A DNA stretch of 64,000 nucleotides from assembly GCA_011125455.1 (NCBI GenBank), contig VKHO01000025.1:138724-202723 (forward strand), read 5' to 3'. Positions 17,553 to 27,605 of the stretch are shown here, one piece after another; the first letter of the stretch is position 1; each line of letters starts with the position of its first letter. A program made the position numbers and the translations under genes. Origin of the DNA: Chlamydiales bacterium STE3. Lineage in GTDB: Bacteria; Chlamydiota; Chlamydiia; Chlamydiales; Parachlamydiaceae. The notes beneath the pieces were generated by a model. It worked only from the letters and a program-made list of their open reading frames with translations, made no database searches and was not told the DNA's origin.

Positions 17553-18932
17553 TTATTTTTTTCGTGGTTCCCAGGAAGGGAATCGTTTGTCGCCTTTTCC
17601 GCTAGTAATTTTAATCGCCTTTTTGTCATTCAGATTCAAAATATAAACATCTGCTTGGCCATCTTCTTGTAAAGAGTTAAAGGCAATATGCAGGCTGTTT
17701 GGAGCAAAGGTGGGATTTTCTTTGTGAAAAGCGCCGTCTGTCAATTGTTGCTCGCGCCCTGTTTCGAATTCATAAACCCAAATTTGACGTACTCCTTTAG
17801 TGAGGGCCGAATAGGCGATTTTTTTTCCATCAGGAGACCAACATGGAGATGTATTTTCGCGATTTTGTTTTGTTAGTAAAGTCGCTTTTAGGTTTTTGGC
17901 ATTGTCGTTTTTGGGGAGAACAAGAGTGTAGATACGTGGAGCGCCATCTTTATTTGATACAAAAGCGAGCTTTGCCCCATCAGGGCTAAACGTGGGTGTA
18001 GCTTGCGTTCCATAAGCCGCGGTGAAAAGCTGGATCGGTTTCCCAACTGGCCCTTTTTCAGGGTCTAATGCTTGGATAAAAAGATCAGGGTTTCCTGTTA
18101 CATCGCAAATAAAAGCAAGTTTGTCTCTCGCCGGAGCAATCGCCGGCATAAATTGATTGCCTTTTAACAAGCTAAATCGTGTTATTTGACCATTTGCAAG
18201 ATTGCCAAAATAAATTTTTGGCTGGCCTGACTTGTAGGAAACAAAGGCAAAGTCGCGGGAGGGGCTCCCTTCTTTCGATGGGAAGTAGCAGGGCGATACA
18301 CAGAGTGCTTGTTGCTCTGTCACTACTTGAGCATTACCGCCATCATAGTCAGCTTCTACTACTTCTGAAGTGCTTTTCCCGGTACGCGGATCCTTGACTT
18401 TAATGGTATAGAGCAATTTTGTTTGTGCAATCCCTTCTTGGTTAAACAGCGCTTTAAAGATTAAATCAGCTAAAAGGTGCATTTTCTTGCGATCCTCTAT
18501 AAAACTGCCCGATAGGGGGAGCCCTTCTATTTTTTTTATGCTATCTGTATTTGCTAAAAATAATTTTGCTCCGAGCTGCCCATTGGAAATTTGCGTTTTA
18601 ATGGCGTAATAAACACGGTGTTGCTTCCACGCTGAAGCTTTTTCTGGATGCTGGAAGTTAATTGAAGCATCGAGCTTTGCCATCTCTTTGGTCGGTTTGA
18701 CAACATAGGTCATGCCATTAAAGTTTAAGTCATTGCGTAGAATACTTTCTAATTTTTTGAGATATTCGGAACTAAAGCCGGACTGCACATCTTGTAAAGG
18801 AGAAAGATAAAGAGGAAGCAGTTGATTTTCTGTTGTTAAATTGACGATAATCGGGTCATTTTCTGATGCATGAGAAAAGCCTATAACAGTCAAAATAAAA
18901 AACATGCAAAGTTGAAAAAATGCTGTTGCCAT
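17553..18932 (-). CDS. tolB: Tol-Pal system beta-propeller protein TolB
   Basis: Signal peptide, N-terminal TolB domain, then a WD-like propeller with repeated xPxFSPDG and xPxWSPDG motifs (FSPDGAKLAF, WSPDGKKIAY). Confidence 0.9.
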   Translation of the reverse strand: MATAFFQLCMFFILTVIGFSHASENDPIIVNLTTENQLLPLYLSPLQDVQSGFSSEYLKKLESILRNDLNFNGMTYVVKPTKEMAKLDASINFQHPEKASAWKQHRVYYAIKTQISNGQLGAKLFLANTDSIKKIEGLPLSGSFIEDRKKMHLLADLIFKALFNQEGIAQTKLLYTIKVKDPRTGKSTSEVVEADYDGGNAQVVTEQQALCVSPCYFPSKEGSPSRDFAFVSYKSGQPKIYFGNLANGQITRFSLLKGNQFMPAIAPARDKLAFICDVTGNPDLFIQALDPEKGPVGKPIQLFTAAYGTQATPTFSPDGAKLAFVSNKDGAPRIYTLVLPKNDNAKNLKATLLTKQNRENTSPCWSPDGKKIAYSALTKGVRQIWVYEFETGREQQLTDGAFHKENPTFAPNSLHIAFNSLQEDGQADVYILNLNDKKAIKITSGKGDKRFPSWEPRKK

Positions 18933-18933
18933 C

Positions 18934-19788
18934 TTACGTTCCTATCATAGTAATGGTAAAGGTGTAGTTTTCTACGTTACCAAACTGTTTTCCTAAACAA
19001 GGCATTGTATGCCGAAGCAGAGTTTTTTCAACATATTTTCTATTTAAAGAGCTTTCCGAGGAAAGAATTTCCAATTTTTTTATTGTGCCGTTTTTTTCAA
19101 TAGTGAGCTTTACATTAATTTCACCCATTTCGGGTAACCGAAGCAGCAGTTTTAAACGACTAGCAAGTTCTTCACGATAAAAAATCTCATTTTCTGAGAG
19201 TGATTCTGAAGTTAAAGAGACGCTTACGCTTTGCAAAGTTCCGATTTGGCTAACGGTCGGGATACTGTCGGAGGGCTCCTTGGAGCTGGTTATTTTTTTG
19301 CCCGTCTCAACTTTTCCAAGGCTAGCTTGGGCCTTAGCTAGCAATTGCTGCTTTAGGGATGAAGTTTGTGTTGGAGGAAAAGAGGGGGTTGGCCTTGCCG
19401 GCTTTTCGGAGGAGGATTGTTTTTTTGGTGTTTTAACGGGTTTTTTTTCTTCCTTTTTGGGAAGGATTTTAGGTTTTGGCTTTGGTTGCGTCTTAGGCGC
19501 ACTCTGCTGCAGTTTTTCTGTGGGCTTAACCTCAGTTTCTTTTGCTGTTTGAGGTAAAGAAATAGAGGGGGTTTCTGCTACTTCAGGCTTATTTTGGCTC
19601 GTTTCCTGCTTTAGAACCGGGGGCGAAGCAGGCGCTTCTCTTGGTTTTAAACGAATTGTAGTGACAGCGAGTTTGGTTTTTAACGGCATTTGGAGGGGAC
19701 TTGAGAGACTAAAAAAGTAGAGGAAAAGGGCGTGTACAGTAAAAACAATTCCGCAACAAACAGCTAAGGGGAAATTTATGGGTTTCAT
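18934..19788 (-). CDS. TolA/TonB-like energy-transducer protein (TM anchor, Pro/Lys-rich linker, C-terminal domain)
   Basis: N-terminal TM helix and a KPxxKPKPKILPKKEEKKP linker, positioned between tolR and tolB. Confidence 0.7.
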   Translation of the reverse strand: MKPINFPLAVCCGIVFTVHALFLYFFSLSSPLQMPLKTKLAVTTIRLKPREAPASPPVLKQETSQNKPEVAETPSISLPQTAKETEVKPTEKLQQSAPKTQPKPKPKILPKKEEKKPVKTPKKQSSSEKPARPTPSFPPTQTSSLKQQLLAKAQASLGKVETGKKITSSKEPSDSIPTVSQIGTLQSVSVSLTSESLSENEIFYREELASRLKLLLRLPEMGEINVKLTIEKNGTIKKLEILSSESSLNRKYVEKTLLRHTMPCLGKQFGNVENYTFTITMIGT

Positions 19789-19799
19789 TTAAGGATTTA

Positions 19800-20213
19800 T
19801 TAACTGGGTTTCAAGATTAAATCCATCTCTTCAAAGCCTGAGACTTCCAAGGCTGTTTTCACCTCTTGGTAGGTTCCAAAAAAAGCTTTTTTATCATGAA
19901 AGAGCTGCGGTTTTGCACTTGGATAAGCTTTTTTAAGTTCGATAAGCCGATCTGTGAATTGCGCTGGGATTGTCACGGCTTGATTGATTCTGACAGAATT
20001 ATCGCTTCGCACTTCAATGATTACAGGGCTTTTCTGATTCACACTAGAAACTTCTTTAGCAGCAGGTGAGGATCTAGGAAGTTCGATTTTCTCCATTTCC
20101 AAAAGAGGGGCAATAACAATAAACATAATTAAAATGACAAAGACAACATCGATAAGAGGTGTTAAATTGATAGAGGGCTCTTCTTCTATTACTCTTCTTT
20201 GAAAAAATCGCAT
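19800..20213 (-). CDS. tolR: ExbD/TolR biopolymer transport protein
   Basis: INLTPLIDVVFVILIMFIV motif. 137 aa. Confidence 0.85.
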   Translation of the reverse strand: MRFFQRRVIEEEPSINLTPLIDVVFVILIMFIVIAPLLEMEKIELPRSSPAAKEVSSVNQKSPVIIEVRSDNSVRINQAVTIPAQFTDRLIELKKAYPSAKPQLFHDKKAFFGTYQEVKTALEVSGFEEMDLILKPS

Positions 20214-20226
20214 GTCCTAAGAACCT

Positions 20227-20961
20227 TTAATTTAAATCAACTTTTCTGTAGCGCATTTCGAGCGTTGCTAAAAGCTCCCTTGAAAAACTGATCATGTCGG
20301 TTTCAAAGTCTTTCAAAGAATTTTTTAAATAATTATAGCCAATGAGCGCAGGAATTGCGTCAATAAGCCCAAGAACAGTTGTTGCAAGAGCGAGGGAGAG
20401 CCCATTTAAAACTGTTTGGTGTGCTGGTCCTCCCTGAGCTTGCAGTTCAGAAAATGTTGTTAAAATTCCCCAGACTGTTCCGAGCAACCCTAAAAAAGGA
20501 GCAAGGGTAATAATCGTAGCCAAGATAAAAAGATTTTGCTCTAAATGCTTGCTTTCTTTAGACACTGTTGTAAGTAGCTTTGCCTCGACACAATCGATAT
20601 CCCCCTGGGAGAGGAAAGAAGTTTCAGCGGTAGCATGTTGGTGTTTAAGAAAATGATGATTTTTATTAAGGAGTTCTAAAGAGACCTTTTTTAAAGAGAG
20701 ATAGATCTCCTTGAAAGAACTAGAGGGTACCGTAATGTCATGGTCGAGATTAAGAACTTGCCCTTTCTGTTTTTCTAGCCTTTCTTTGAATTTAAAAGAA
20801 TTTTTCTTAGTAATTAAAGTCTGGCGAGTCTTATATATAATGATTATCCAACTTAAAATAGATAAGATAATTAATCCGATAAAAATTAGTTTACCTAGAA
20901 AGTCGGAATGAATATAAGAATCAAAGAAAGGGTTGTTAATTAATAAAATTTTTAGTAACAT
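20227..20961 (-). CDS. tolQ: MotA/TolQ/ExbB proton-channel protein
   Basis: GLLGTVWGILTTF...GPAHQTVLNGLSLALATTVLGL... conserved TM2-3 region. Confidence 0.85.
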   Translation of the reverse strand: MLLKILLINNPFFDSYIHSDFLGKLIFIGLIILSILSWIIIIYKTRQTLITKKNSFKFKERLEKQKGQVLNLDHDITVPSSSFKEIYLSLKKVSLELLNKNHHFLKHQHATAETSFLSQGDIDCVEAKLLTTVSKESKHLEQNLFILATIITLAPFLGLLGTVWGILTTFSELQAQGGPAHQTVLNGLSLALATTVLGLIDAIPALIGYNYLKNSLKDFETDMISFSRELLATLEMRYRKVDLN

Positions 20962-21028
20962 ACATTTTCTTCATTAATTTAAGTCTCATTAAACGAAAGT
21001 TTGGTTTGACAAAGAGGAGGTCAACATT

Positions 21029-23200
21029 TTGCTGAAGCAAATAATTTATTTTTGCTTTGTCTTGGTATCTTGTTTTAACACTATTTCTATTGAAGCTCAA
21101 GAATTATCCTCTCCCGAATCACCCGCTCATATAACCCTTTTTGCTGAAAAACAAGCCATTACGACAAATGATTCATTTTGGGTCTCTCTTCAATTCACTC
21201 TCGAAGATTCGTGGCATGCTTATTGGAAAAATCCAGGTGACGCAGGCATGGCCCCTTCTATTGATTGGCAGCTTCCCGATGGGTTTAGGGTAGAGAGGGT
21301 GGAATGGCCAGTTCCCCAGAAGTTTGAAAAAGATGAGGCGGTCACTTTTGGCTATAATGGGACTTTTGAACTTTTAGCGCTTCTTAAAACTCCAACAGAC
21401 CTTAAGGCTGTAGAAGAACTGGAGATTGGTACGAATGTGCATTGGGTTCTTTGCTCTGAGGATACCTGTATGCCAGGAGAATCTGAGTCAAAATTAACGT
21501 TACCGGTCAATCTTGCTTCAGCCCCTTTTTCTGAGCATGCAGTAAGAATTCAACAAGCTTTGGCAAAAAAACCAAAGCCACTGGACGGATCAGCCTATTA
21601 TCAAGATGCATTTGTCCACTTTGAATTTCCAGGATCTCTTGCTGTCCCAGCAGTGAAGCCTTTCTTTTTTCCAGAAGCATCCGGTGTAGATTATCACAAG
21701 GATCCCTTTTTAAAGGTCTCTCTCGACCAAACTAAGAACCACAGAATTAGTTTAATGGTTGATGATGAGCCAAAGCTTTTAAAAGGACTTTTGGTTATGG
21801 GAGATGATGTGTGGGAGGTTGAGACACCGGTTGTTAAAAAACAGCCTGAAATGCTTAGTCAAGCAGATGTTTTTTTTATGCCTTCTTTAAATGTCCCCTC
21901 GGAAGAAAATCAGGTCGATTTCGGTCCTTTTATTTTGGCTCTTGGTTGTGCCTTTTTGGGTGGCATGATTTTGAATTTAATGCCTTGTGTTCTCCCTGTC
22001 GTCTCTTTTAAGATCATGAGCTTCGTCAAGCTTGCTGGACAAGAGCGGTTGACCGTTTTTAAGCATGGCCTAGCTTTTGCTTTGGGGGTACTCCTATCTT
22101 TTTGGACCTTGGCAGGGGTTTTGATGCTTTTAAAGGCTTACGGCCATGCTGTAGGTTGGGGTTTCCAACTTCAAGAGCCCTTTTTCGTTGCTGTTCTAGC
22201 GACACTTCTGCTGATCTTTGGTTTAAGCCAGTTTGGTGTTTTCGAGTTTGGGACAAGCTTTGCTTCGTACGCTGGGGATGCTCATATCAAAACTGTCAAA
22301 AAAGAAGGCTACTCCGTTTCCTTAATGAGTGGGGTGTTTGCCACTGCTGTCGCAACCCCTTGTACTGGCCCCTTCTTAGGTTCAGCCGTTGGATATGCGA
22401 TCACTTTGCCTCCTATTTTTGGCATGATTATTTTTACTTCCTTGGGATTAGGGATGGCCTTTCCTTATGTGGCTCTTTCCGCTTTCCCAAAGCTATTGCG
22501 CTGGATGCCAAAGCCTGGGGCCTGGATGGATGCTTTTAAACAATTTATGGGCTTTTTGATGATGGCCACCGTCCTTTGGCTTGGATGGGTGTTTGGTGCT
22601 CAAACAAGCGAAAATGCGATTTTCATCCTTTTAGGAGCTTTGCTTGTCATCTCTTTGGGATGCTGGATTTATGGAAAATGGGGTACCCCTCTTCAACGTA
22701 AAAAAGTGCGTATGATAAGCTATACATTGACACTAGGATGTCTCTTAGTTGCCTCGTTTATGATTCGCGAAGCCCTGCATTCAGTCGATGTAAGACAAGG
22801 GGTGGCTTTATCCGGTCAAGGTGATAAGCTTGGCTGGGAGCCGTTTTCCCAAGCGCGCATTGATGAGCTGAAGGCAAATAACATTCCCTTTCTAATCGAT
22901 TTTACGGCCAAGTGGTGCTTGATTTGTCAAGCAAACCATGTTGTGTTGAACAAACAAGAAGTTGAAAGGAAGCTCGATGAAATGGGTGTTGTAAGGATCA
23001 AAGCAGACTGGACAAGAAATGATCCAACAATCACAGCAGAACTGCGTAAGTTCGGTCGTAGTAGTGTTCCTCTTTATGTTCTTTATGGAACAAATGAAAG
23101 TCAGGATCCAGTTATTTTACCTCAGGTCTTGACTGCGGATAACGTAATTAGCTCATTAAAACTCATAAATGCCTCTTCAAATGTCTCTTCACTACATTGA
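21029..23200 (+). CDS. dsbD: Thiol:disulfide interchange protein DsbD
   Basis: N-terminal periplasmic alpha domain, central TM core, and a C-terminal thioredoxin fold with WCLICQ (CxxC). TTG start preceded by GAGGAGG. Confidence 0.85.
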   Translation: MLKQIIYFCFVLVSCFNTISIEAQELSSPESPAHITLFAEKQAITTNDSFWVSLQFTLEDSWHAYWKNPGDAGMAPSIDWQLPDGFRVERVEWPVPQKFEKDEAVTFGYNGTFELLALLKTPTDLKAVEELEIGTNVHWVLCSEDTCMPGESESKLTLPVNLASAPFSEHAVRIQQALAKKPKPLDGSAYYQDAFVHFEFPGSLAVPAVKPFFFPEASGVDYHKDPFLKVSLDQTKNHRISLMVDDEPKLLKGLLVMGDDVWEVETPVVKKQPEMLSQADVFFMPSLNVPSEENQVDFGPFILALGCAFLGGMILNLMPCVLPVVSFKIMSFVKLAGQERLTVFKHGLAFALGVLLSFWTLAGVLMLLKAYGHAVGWGFQLQEPFFVAVLATLLLIFGLSQFGVFEFGTSFASYAGDAHIKTVKKEGYSVSLMSGVFATAVATPCTGPFLGSAVGYAITLPPIFGMIIFTSLGLGMAFPYVALSAFPKLLRWMPKPGAWMDAFKQFMGFLMMATVLWLGWVFGAQTSENAIFILLGALLVISLGCWIYGKWGTPLQRKKVRMISYTLTLGCLLVASFMIREALHSVDVRQGVALSGQGDKLGWEPFSQARIDELKANNIPFLIDFTAKWCLICQANHVVLNKQEVERKLDEMGVVRIKADWTRNDPTITAELRKFGRSSVPLYVLYGTNESQDPVILPQVLTADNVISSLKLINASSNVSSLH

Positions 23201-23951
23201 TTCACATGCCCATGTAACGTCTGATGCTACCTTTTTAGTTGCTGAAGAGCTACTAAAAAGGGCAAAGGACGTCGGGTTATCAGCCATTATTAATATCTGT
23301 ACTGATCTTGAAACCCTGGAAAGAGGGCTTCAGCTTTCTAAAGGCTATCCTTGGCTCTATCACACTGCCTCTACCTCACCACATGATGTTGACAGGTATG
23401 GGGAGGCTCATTTCCCTATTTTTGAACAAGCGGCCAAAAACGGTGATTTGAAGGGGATTGGTGAAACGGGATTGGATTATTTTTATGAACACTCCCCAAA
23501 AGAGCTGCAGAAAAAATATCTTGTGAAGTATCTCCATCTTGCCCTTGAGACAAAGCTTCCTGTGGTTATTCACTGCCGCGAAGCATTTAACGATTTTTTC
23601 GAAATCATTGACGCTGAATACCAAAGCGCAGATGGCATTTTGCATTGTTTTACAGGCACAATGGAAGAGGCTAAGCAAGTCATTAAACGCGATTGGTATC
23701 TTTCTTTGAGTGGAATTGTCACCTTTAAAAAAAGTGTGGCTTTACAAGAGGTTGCCAAGTGGGTCCCTTTAGAAAAATTACTGATTGAAACAGACACTCC
23801 TTACCTAGCACCACAAGGCAAAAGGGGGCGGCTAAACGAGCCAGCCAATTTACCGGAAATTGCCCAATTCATAGCTCATTTGAAGGGAATTTCTGTGGAT
23901 GAGGTTGCCCAAGCTACGGCACAAAACGCTTACGAGGTTTTTCGTTTATGA
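23181..23951 (+). CDS. tatD: TatD-family metal-dependent hydrolase
   Basis: IDSHAHV...IGETGLDYFY...IHCREAF...E.D.PYL motifs. Overlaps the dsbD 3' end. Confidence 0.85.
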   Translation: MSLHYIDSHAHVTSDATFLVAEELLKRAKDVGLSAIINICTDLETLERGLQLSKGYPWLYHTASTSPHDVDRYGEAHFPIFEQAAKNGDLKGIGETGLDYFYEHSPKELQKKYLVKYLHLALETKLPVVIHCREAFNDFFEIIDAEYQSADGILHCFTGTMEEAKQVIKRDWYLSLSGIVTFKKSVALQEVAKWVPLEKLLIETDTPYLAPQGKRGRLNEPANLPEIAQFIAHLKGISVDEVAQATAQNAYEVFRL

Positions 23952-24814
23952 AGCAGACAAAAGATTTGCAAAAAGTCATTGAGAGTGCTCGTGAATGTTA
24001 TGATCATTTTCTCTATTGGCCCCATTACTATAAAAAATTTCCACCTATAGAATGCTCGGTAGCTTTAAAAGAGGTGCATAAAGAAAAAAATCACGCCCTT
24101 TTTTATGCCTATCCTTTCGACCATAATTTGCTGACAACCATTCCCTATTTTAACGCAAGCCCAATGCAATTTGGTGCCAATCGCTACATTGCTTCTCAGG
24201 GGCCGCGCCATGAGACCTTAAGCGATTTTTGGGAGATGATTTGGGGAGAAAATAGCGAGCTGATTGTCAGTGTGACTAATGAAAGAGAAGAAGAAGGAAT
24301 GGGCCATCGCTATAAATTCGATGCGTTTTGGCCTCAACATCAATCCCAAGAATTTGGCAATTTCAAGGTAGCCCTTCTTAAAGATGAAGTCATCAAAAGG
24401 TGGGATGATGGACGTGTGGAGCAGATTCGTCTACGCCAATGTGAAGTCACTTATCAAGGAGAAAAGAAAATCGTCCACCAACTTCATATGGAAAATTGGA
24501 TGGATGGCAGTATTGTTTATCCAGAAAGCTTGATTGAACTGAGTTTATCTGCAGATCGCTGGAAAGGAGAAGGGCCTATTCTTGTACACTGTGCTGCAGG
24601 AATCGGTCGGACAGGCACATTTATTGCTTTCCACAGTCTCTACCACGATCTTCTAAATGCGTTAAAAAGAAGTGAGTCACACGCCCATTTTGATATTCTA
24701 AAAAGAGTTGCCGAAATGCGCGAAAAAAGATATGGGCCAATGATTGCGGCAAAAATTCAATTCTTACTTTTAGTCGAAGCCTTAGATTTAGCTCTACTAA
24801 AACTTTCTAATTAA
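23948..24814 (+). CDS. Classical (eukaryotic-type) protein tyrosine phosphatase
   Basis: VHCAAGIGRTGT is the HC(X)5R(S/T) P-loop. NRYIASQGP gives the pTyr-recognition and (I/V)AxQGP motifs. NWMDG is a WPD-loop-like acid and KIQF the Q-loop. The start overlaps the tatD stop (ATGA). Confidence 0.8.
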   Translation: MKQTKDLQKVIESARECYDHFLYWPHYYKKFPPIECSVALKEVHKEKNHALFYAYPFDHNLLTTIPYFNASPMQFGANRYIASQGPRHETLSDFWEMIWGENSELIVSVTNEREEEGMGHRYKFDAFWPQHQSQEFGNFKVALLKDEVIKRWDDGRVEQIRLRQCEVTYQGEKKIVHQLHMENWMDGSIVYPESLIELSLSADRWKGEGPILVHCAAGIGRTGTFIAFHSLYHDLLNALKRSESHAHFDILKRVAEMREKRYGPMIAAKIQFLLLVEALDLALLKLSN

Positions 24815-25400
24815 AAAACTATTTCTTTCTTTAAAATCTATCGCTATAAGATAAAAAAATGCTTGGGTAGGAAATTTTAAGGATTTTTGAATTTAGGTTC
24901 TCAAAATTTTCCGCTAAATGCACTCAAAAATGACCAATTTTTTCAAGCAAAGCAAGTTATGCAAGAGGTCTATTGCGAAACCAGTGAGTGTGTTGGATAG
25001 GCTCAAGTGGTCCATAAAGCCGATATAATCGGGCACTGTGCTTTTGAAAAACTATAAGAGGGTGATGCAAGATTTCCGCATCGGTGAACCATTAGCTATG
25101 CTCAAGAGCTACATTTGCCAAAGCTGCTGACCTTACAATCCGGAACCCGAGTTTTATGGCTTTAGGGGGCAAATGCTCAGTGAAAAAAATTTGCTTAAAA
25201 CCCCTATTGGTTTAGTTAAATGTCATTCACAATATAGAAAGAGCTTAAAAGCTGCTTGGTTGGCGGCATCAAGCGTTTTGCCTTCATTGAAGATACCAAA
25301 AGCTATTATTTGGCCTAGCAAGCCCATCATTAAATAATTGTAATCTTTTCTCTCTAAGTGATATACCAACTTGTTTTTCGTTTAAATTGGATGAACTACT

Positions 25401-26240
25401 ATGCGCTTCATTATTCTTTTTTTAATATCCTTGCAATCTTTAGCAGCTTTTCAATATGAACTTGCTATTTGTGCTATTTTTCAGAACGAAGCCAGATTTC
25501 TTTCTGAATGGATTGATTACCATAAAAAAGTGGGTGTGCAACATTTTTACCTATTTAATAATTGCAGTGATGACAATTTCCAAGAAGCTTTAGCTCCTTA
25601 TATAGAAACAGGAGAAGTTTCTTTAATCGATTGGCCTTATCGTTACGAAGACGGGGATATTTCTAGGTGGAATCTGATTCAATGCAATGCTTATTCGGAA
25701 GGCTTAAAAAGAAGTAAGGGCGTTGCCCATTGGCTAGCATTAATTGACACAGACGAGTTTATCATTCCAGTTAGAACGAGAACTCTTCCAGAAACGCTGC
25801 AATTTTTTGAAGCTGTACCGGCAGTAGGAGTCAACTGGCAAATGTATGGCACTTCTTATGTCCCTGAAATTCCTTTTGGGGAACGGATGACAGAATCTCT
25901 TTTAATGAGGGCAGTGGACGATGCTCCTGAACATTTTGTTATTAAAAGCATTGTCCAGCCTTTAAAAACTTCGCTGCATGTGATTAATCCTCATTTCTTT
26001 TCCTTCTTAAAAGGCGTTTGTGTGAATACAAATGGGGAAGAAATCAAAGGTGCAATAGCTCCCTACATTGTCACTAACGTGCTGCGGATCAACCATTATT
26101 GGTGCCGCGATGAAAAATTTATGCGCGAACAAAAAATACCAAGACGCCATCACGCCCTTAAAGAAAATGAAAAGGATATTTTGAAAATAAACGATCGGTA
26201 CAATATGGTTCATGATGATGTGATACTAAATAAATGGTGA
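25401..26240 (+). CDS. Glycosyltransferase family 92 (DUF23) protein with N-terminal signal anchor
   Basis: AICAIFQNEARFLSEWIDYHKKVGVQHFYLFNNCSDD matches the GT92 N-terminal signature. A hydrophobic N-terminus is present. Confidence 0.6.
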   Translation: MRFIILFLISLQSLAAFQYELAICAIFQNEARFLSEWIDYHKKVGVQHFYLFNNCSDDNFQEALAPYIETGEVSLIDWPYRYEDGDISRWNLIQCNAYSEGLKRSKGVAHWLALIDTDEFIIPVRTRTLPETLQFFEAVPAVGVNWQMYGTSYVPEIPFGERMTESLLMRAVDDAPEHFVIKSIVQPLKTSLHVINPHFFSFLKGVCVNTNGEEIKGAIAPYIVTNVLRINHYWCRDEKFMREQKIPRRHHALKENEKDILKINDRYNMVHDDVILNKW

Positions 26241-26243
26241 AAA

Positions 26244-26867
26244 ATGAAAAAAAAATTTCAATTTATCCTTTTTGCCTTTTTAACTTTTTGCAACCTGCAG
26301 GCCACTTTGCCGGAGCCTTATGCTTCAATTCATGTTTTGCCATTTGATGGACATGGGTGGTTTGGGAATCAGGAACCATTAAAAAATATCCTTCATGCGG
26401 GGTCGATTAATACGGTCATTGAGGTGGGATCGTGGCTTGGTTCCTCAACACGTTTTATTGCTTCTGAGCTTCCTGAAGATGGCGTCGTCTACGCGGTTGA
26501 CACGTGGCTTGGAACTCCGGAAGAAGTGCTTCATTGCACGGATCCTCGTCTCCCTTACCTCTACCAGCAATTTTTATCGAATGTGATCCATGCTGGTTTG
26601 ACGAAAAAGATTGTCCCTATCCGTATGCACTCACAAGAAGCTGCTAATGCGCTTCATTTAAAAGCAGGCCTTATTTATCTTGACGCTTCGCATGAAACAG
26701 AAAATGTTTACAAAGATATTTTAGCTTGGTATCCGCATTTAGCAGAAGGAGGGATGATGTGTGGAGATGATTGGCTATGGCCGACCGTTCAGGTTGCTGT
26801 GATGAATGCCAGTCAAGTGCTTCAGCGTAAAGTGCATAGTGTAGAAAACTTTTGGTGGTTTGAATAG
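26244..26867 (+). CDS. Class I SAM-dependent methyltransferase (Methyltransf_24/TylF-like) with signal peptide
   Basis: VIEVGSWLGSSTRFIA...YLDASHETENVYKDILAWYPHLAEGGMMCGDDW pattern. Confidence 0.6.
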   Translation: MKKKFQFILFAFLTFCNLQATLPEPYASIHVLPFDGHGWFGNQEPLKNILHAGSINTVIEVGSWLGSSTRFIASELPEDGVVYAVDTWLGTPEEVLHCTDPRLPYLYQQFLSNVIHAGLTKKIVPIRMHSQEAANALHLKAGLIYLDASHETENVYKDILAWYPHLAEGGMMCGDDWLWPTVQVAVMNASQVLQRKVHSVENFWWFE

Positions 26868-26917
26868 TTTTCTTAAGAAATGCCCGGGAAAAGCTTTCCT
26901 CCCGGGATTTTTCCTGT

Positions 26918-27484
26918 CTAGGCTTCGGCTTTTTTGACCGTAATCTTTTTGATCTGTTGTGCTTCTACAGGTTTGTCCTGAGGCCCTGTTTTTGTCGATT
27001 CGATTTTTTGAACGACATCATATCCACTGATCACTTCGCCAAAAATCGTGTGCTTATTGTTCAGCCAAGGAGCTGGTGCTGTTGTGATAAAAAATTGGCT
27101 ACCATTTGTTTTTGGACCGGCATTAGCCATTGCAAGAAGCCCTGGTTTGCTAAATGTCAAAGAGGAAGAAAACTCATCTTCAAATGGTTTGCCCCATATA
27201 GACGCTCCACCGCGACCTGTGCCAGTAGGGTCGCCTCCCTGAATCATAAAGCCTTTAATTACACGGTGAAAAATCACATCGTTATAGTAATTGCTTTCAG
27301 CGAGCTTTAAAAAATTTTCAACCGCTTTAGGCGCAACTTCTGGTCGCAAAGCGATCACAATAGGGCCTTGTGTTGTTTCGATGGTGACAATCGTCTGTTC
27401 AGCTTTCATAGTGTTGTTCTCCTCTGCAGATAAAGGGTAAATAGCAAGAAAAAATAGGAAGGTTGCAAGAAACATTTTTTGCAT
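26918..27484 (-). CDS. Cyclophilin-type peptidyl-prolyl cis-trans isomerase, secreted
   Basis: FHRVIKGFMIQGGDPTGTGRGGASIWG...FFITT cyclophilin signature. Signal peptide present. Confidence 0.9.
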   Translation of the reverse strand: MQKMFLATFLFFLAIYPLSAEENNTMKAEQTIVTIETTQGPIVIALRPEVAPKAVENFLKLAESNYYNDVIFHRVIKGFMIQGGDPTGTGRGGASIWGKPFEDEFSSSLTFSKPGLLAMANAGPKTNGSQFFITTAPAPWLNNKHTIFGEVISGYDVVQKIESTKTGPQDKPVEAQQIKKITVKKAEA

Positions 27485-27605
27485 ACATAATCCTTTTTGT
27501 AATTCACGTTTGCATCATTTAAAGGATGATACTCTTTCTTTGATTATATAGAAAGGTGGTGTATACAGCCTTATAGGCAAGCAGTTTAAAAAAAATGGGG
27601 AACGA

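Noticed and set aside
19280-19557. Plus-strand ORFs inside the TolA-like gene
   Set aside because: They are artefacts of the Pro/Lys-rich repetitive coding sequence on the opposite strand.
24960-25200. Possible SRP RNA (4.5S) because of GCTGCTGACC...CCGGAA elements
   Set aside because: The order and spacing do not reproduce the domain IV GGAA tetraloop and AGCAGCC symmetric loop, so this is not convincing.
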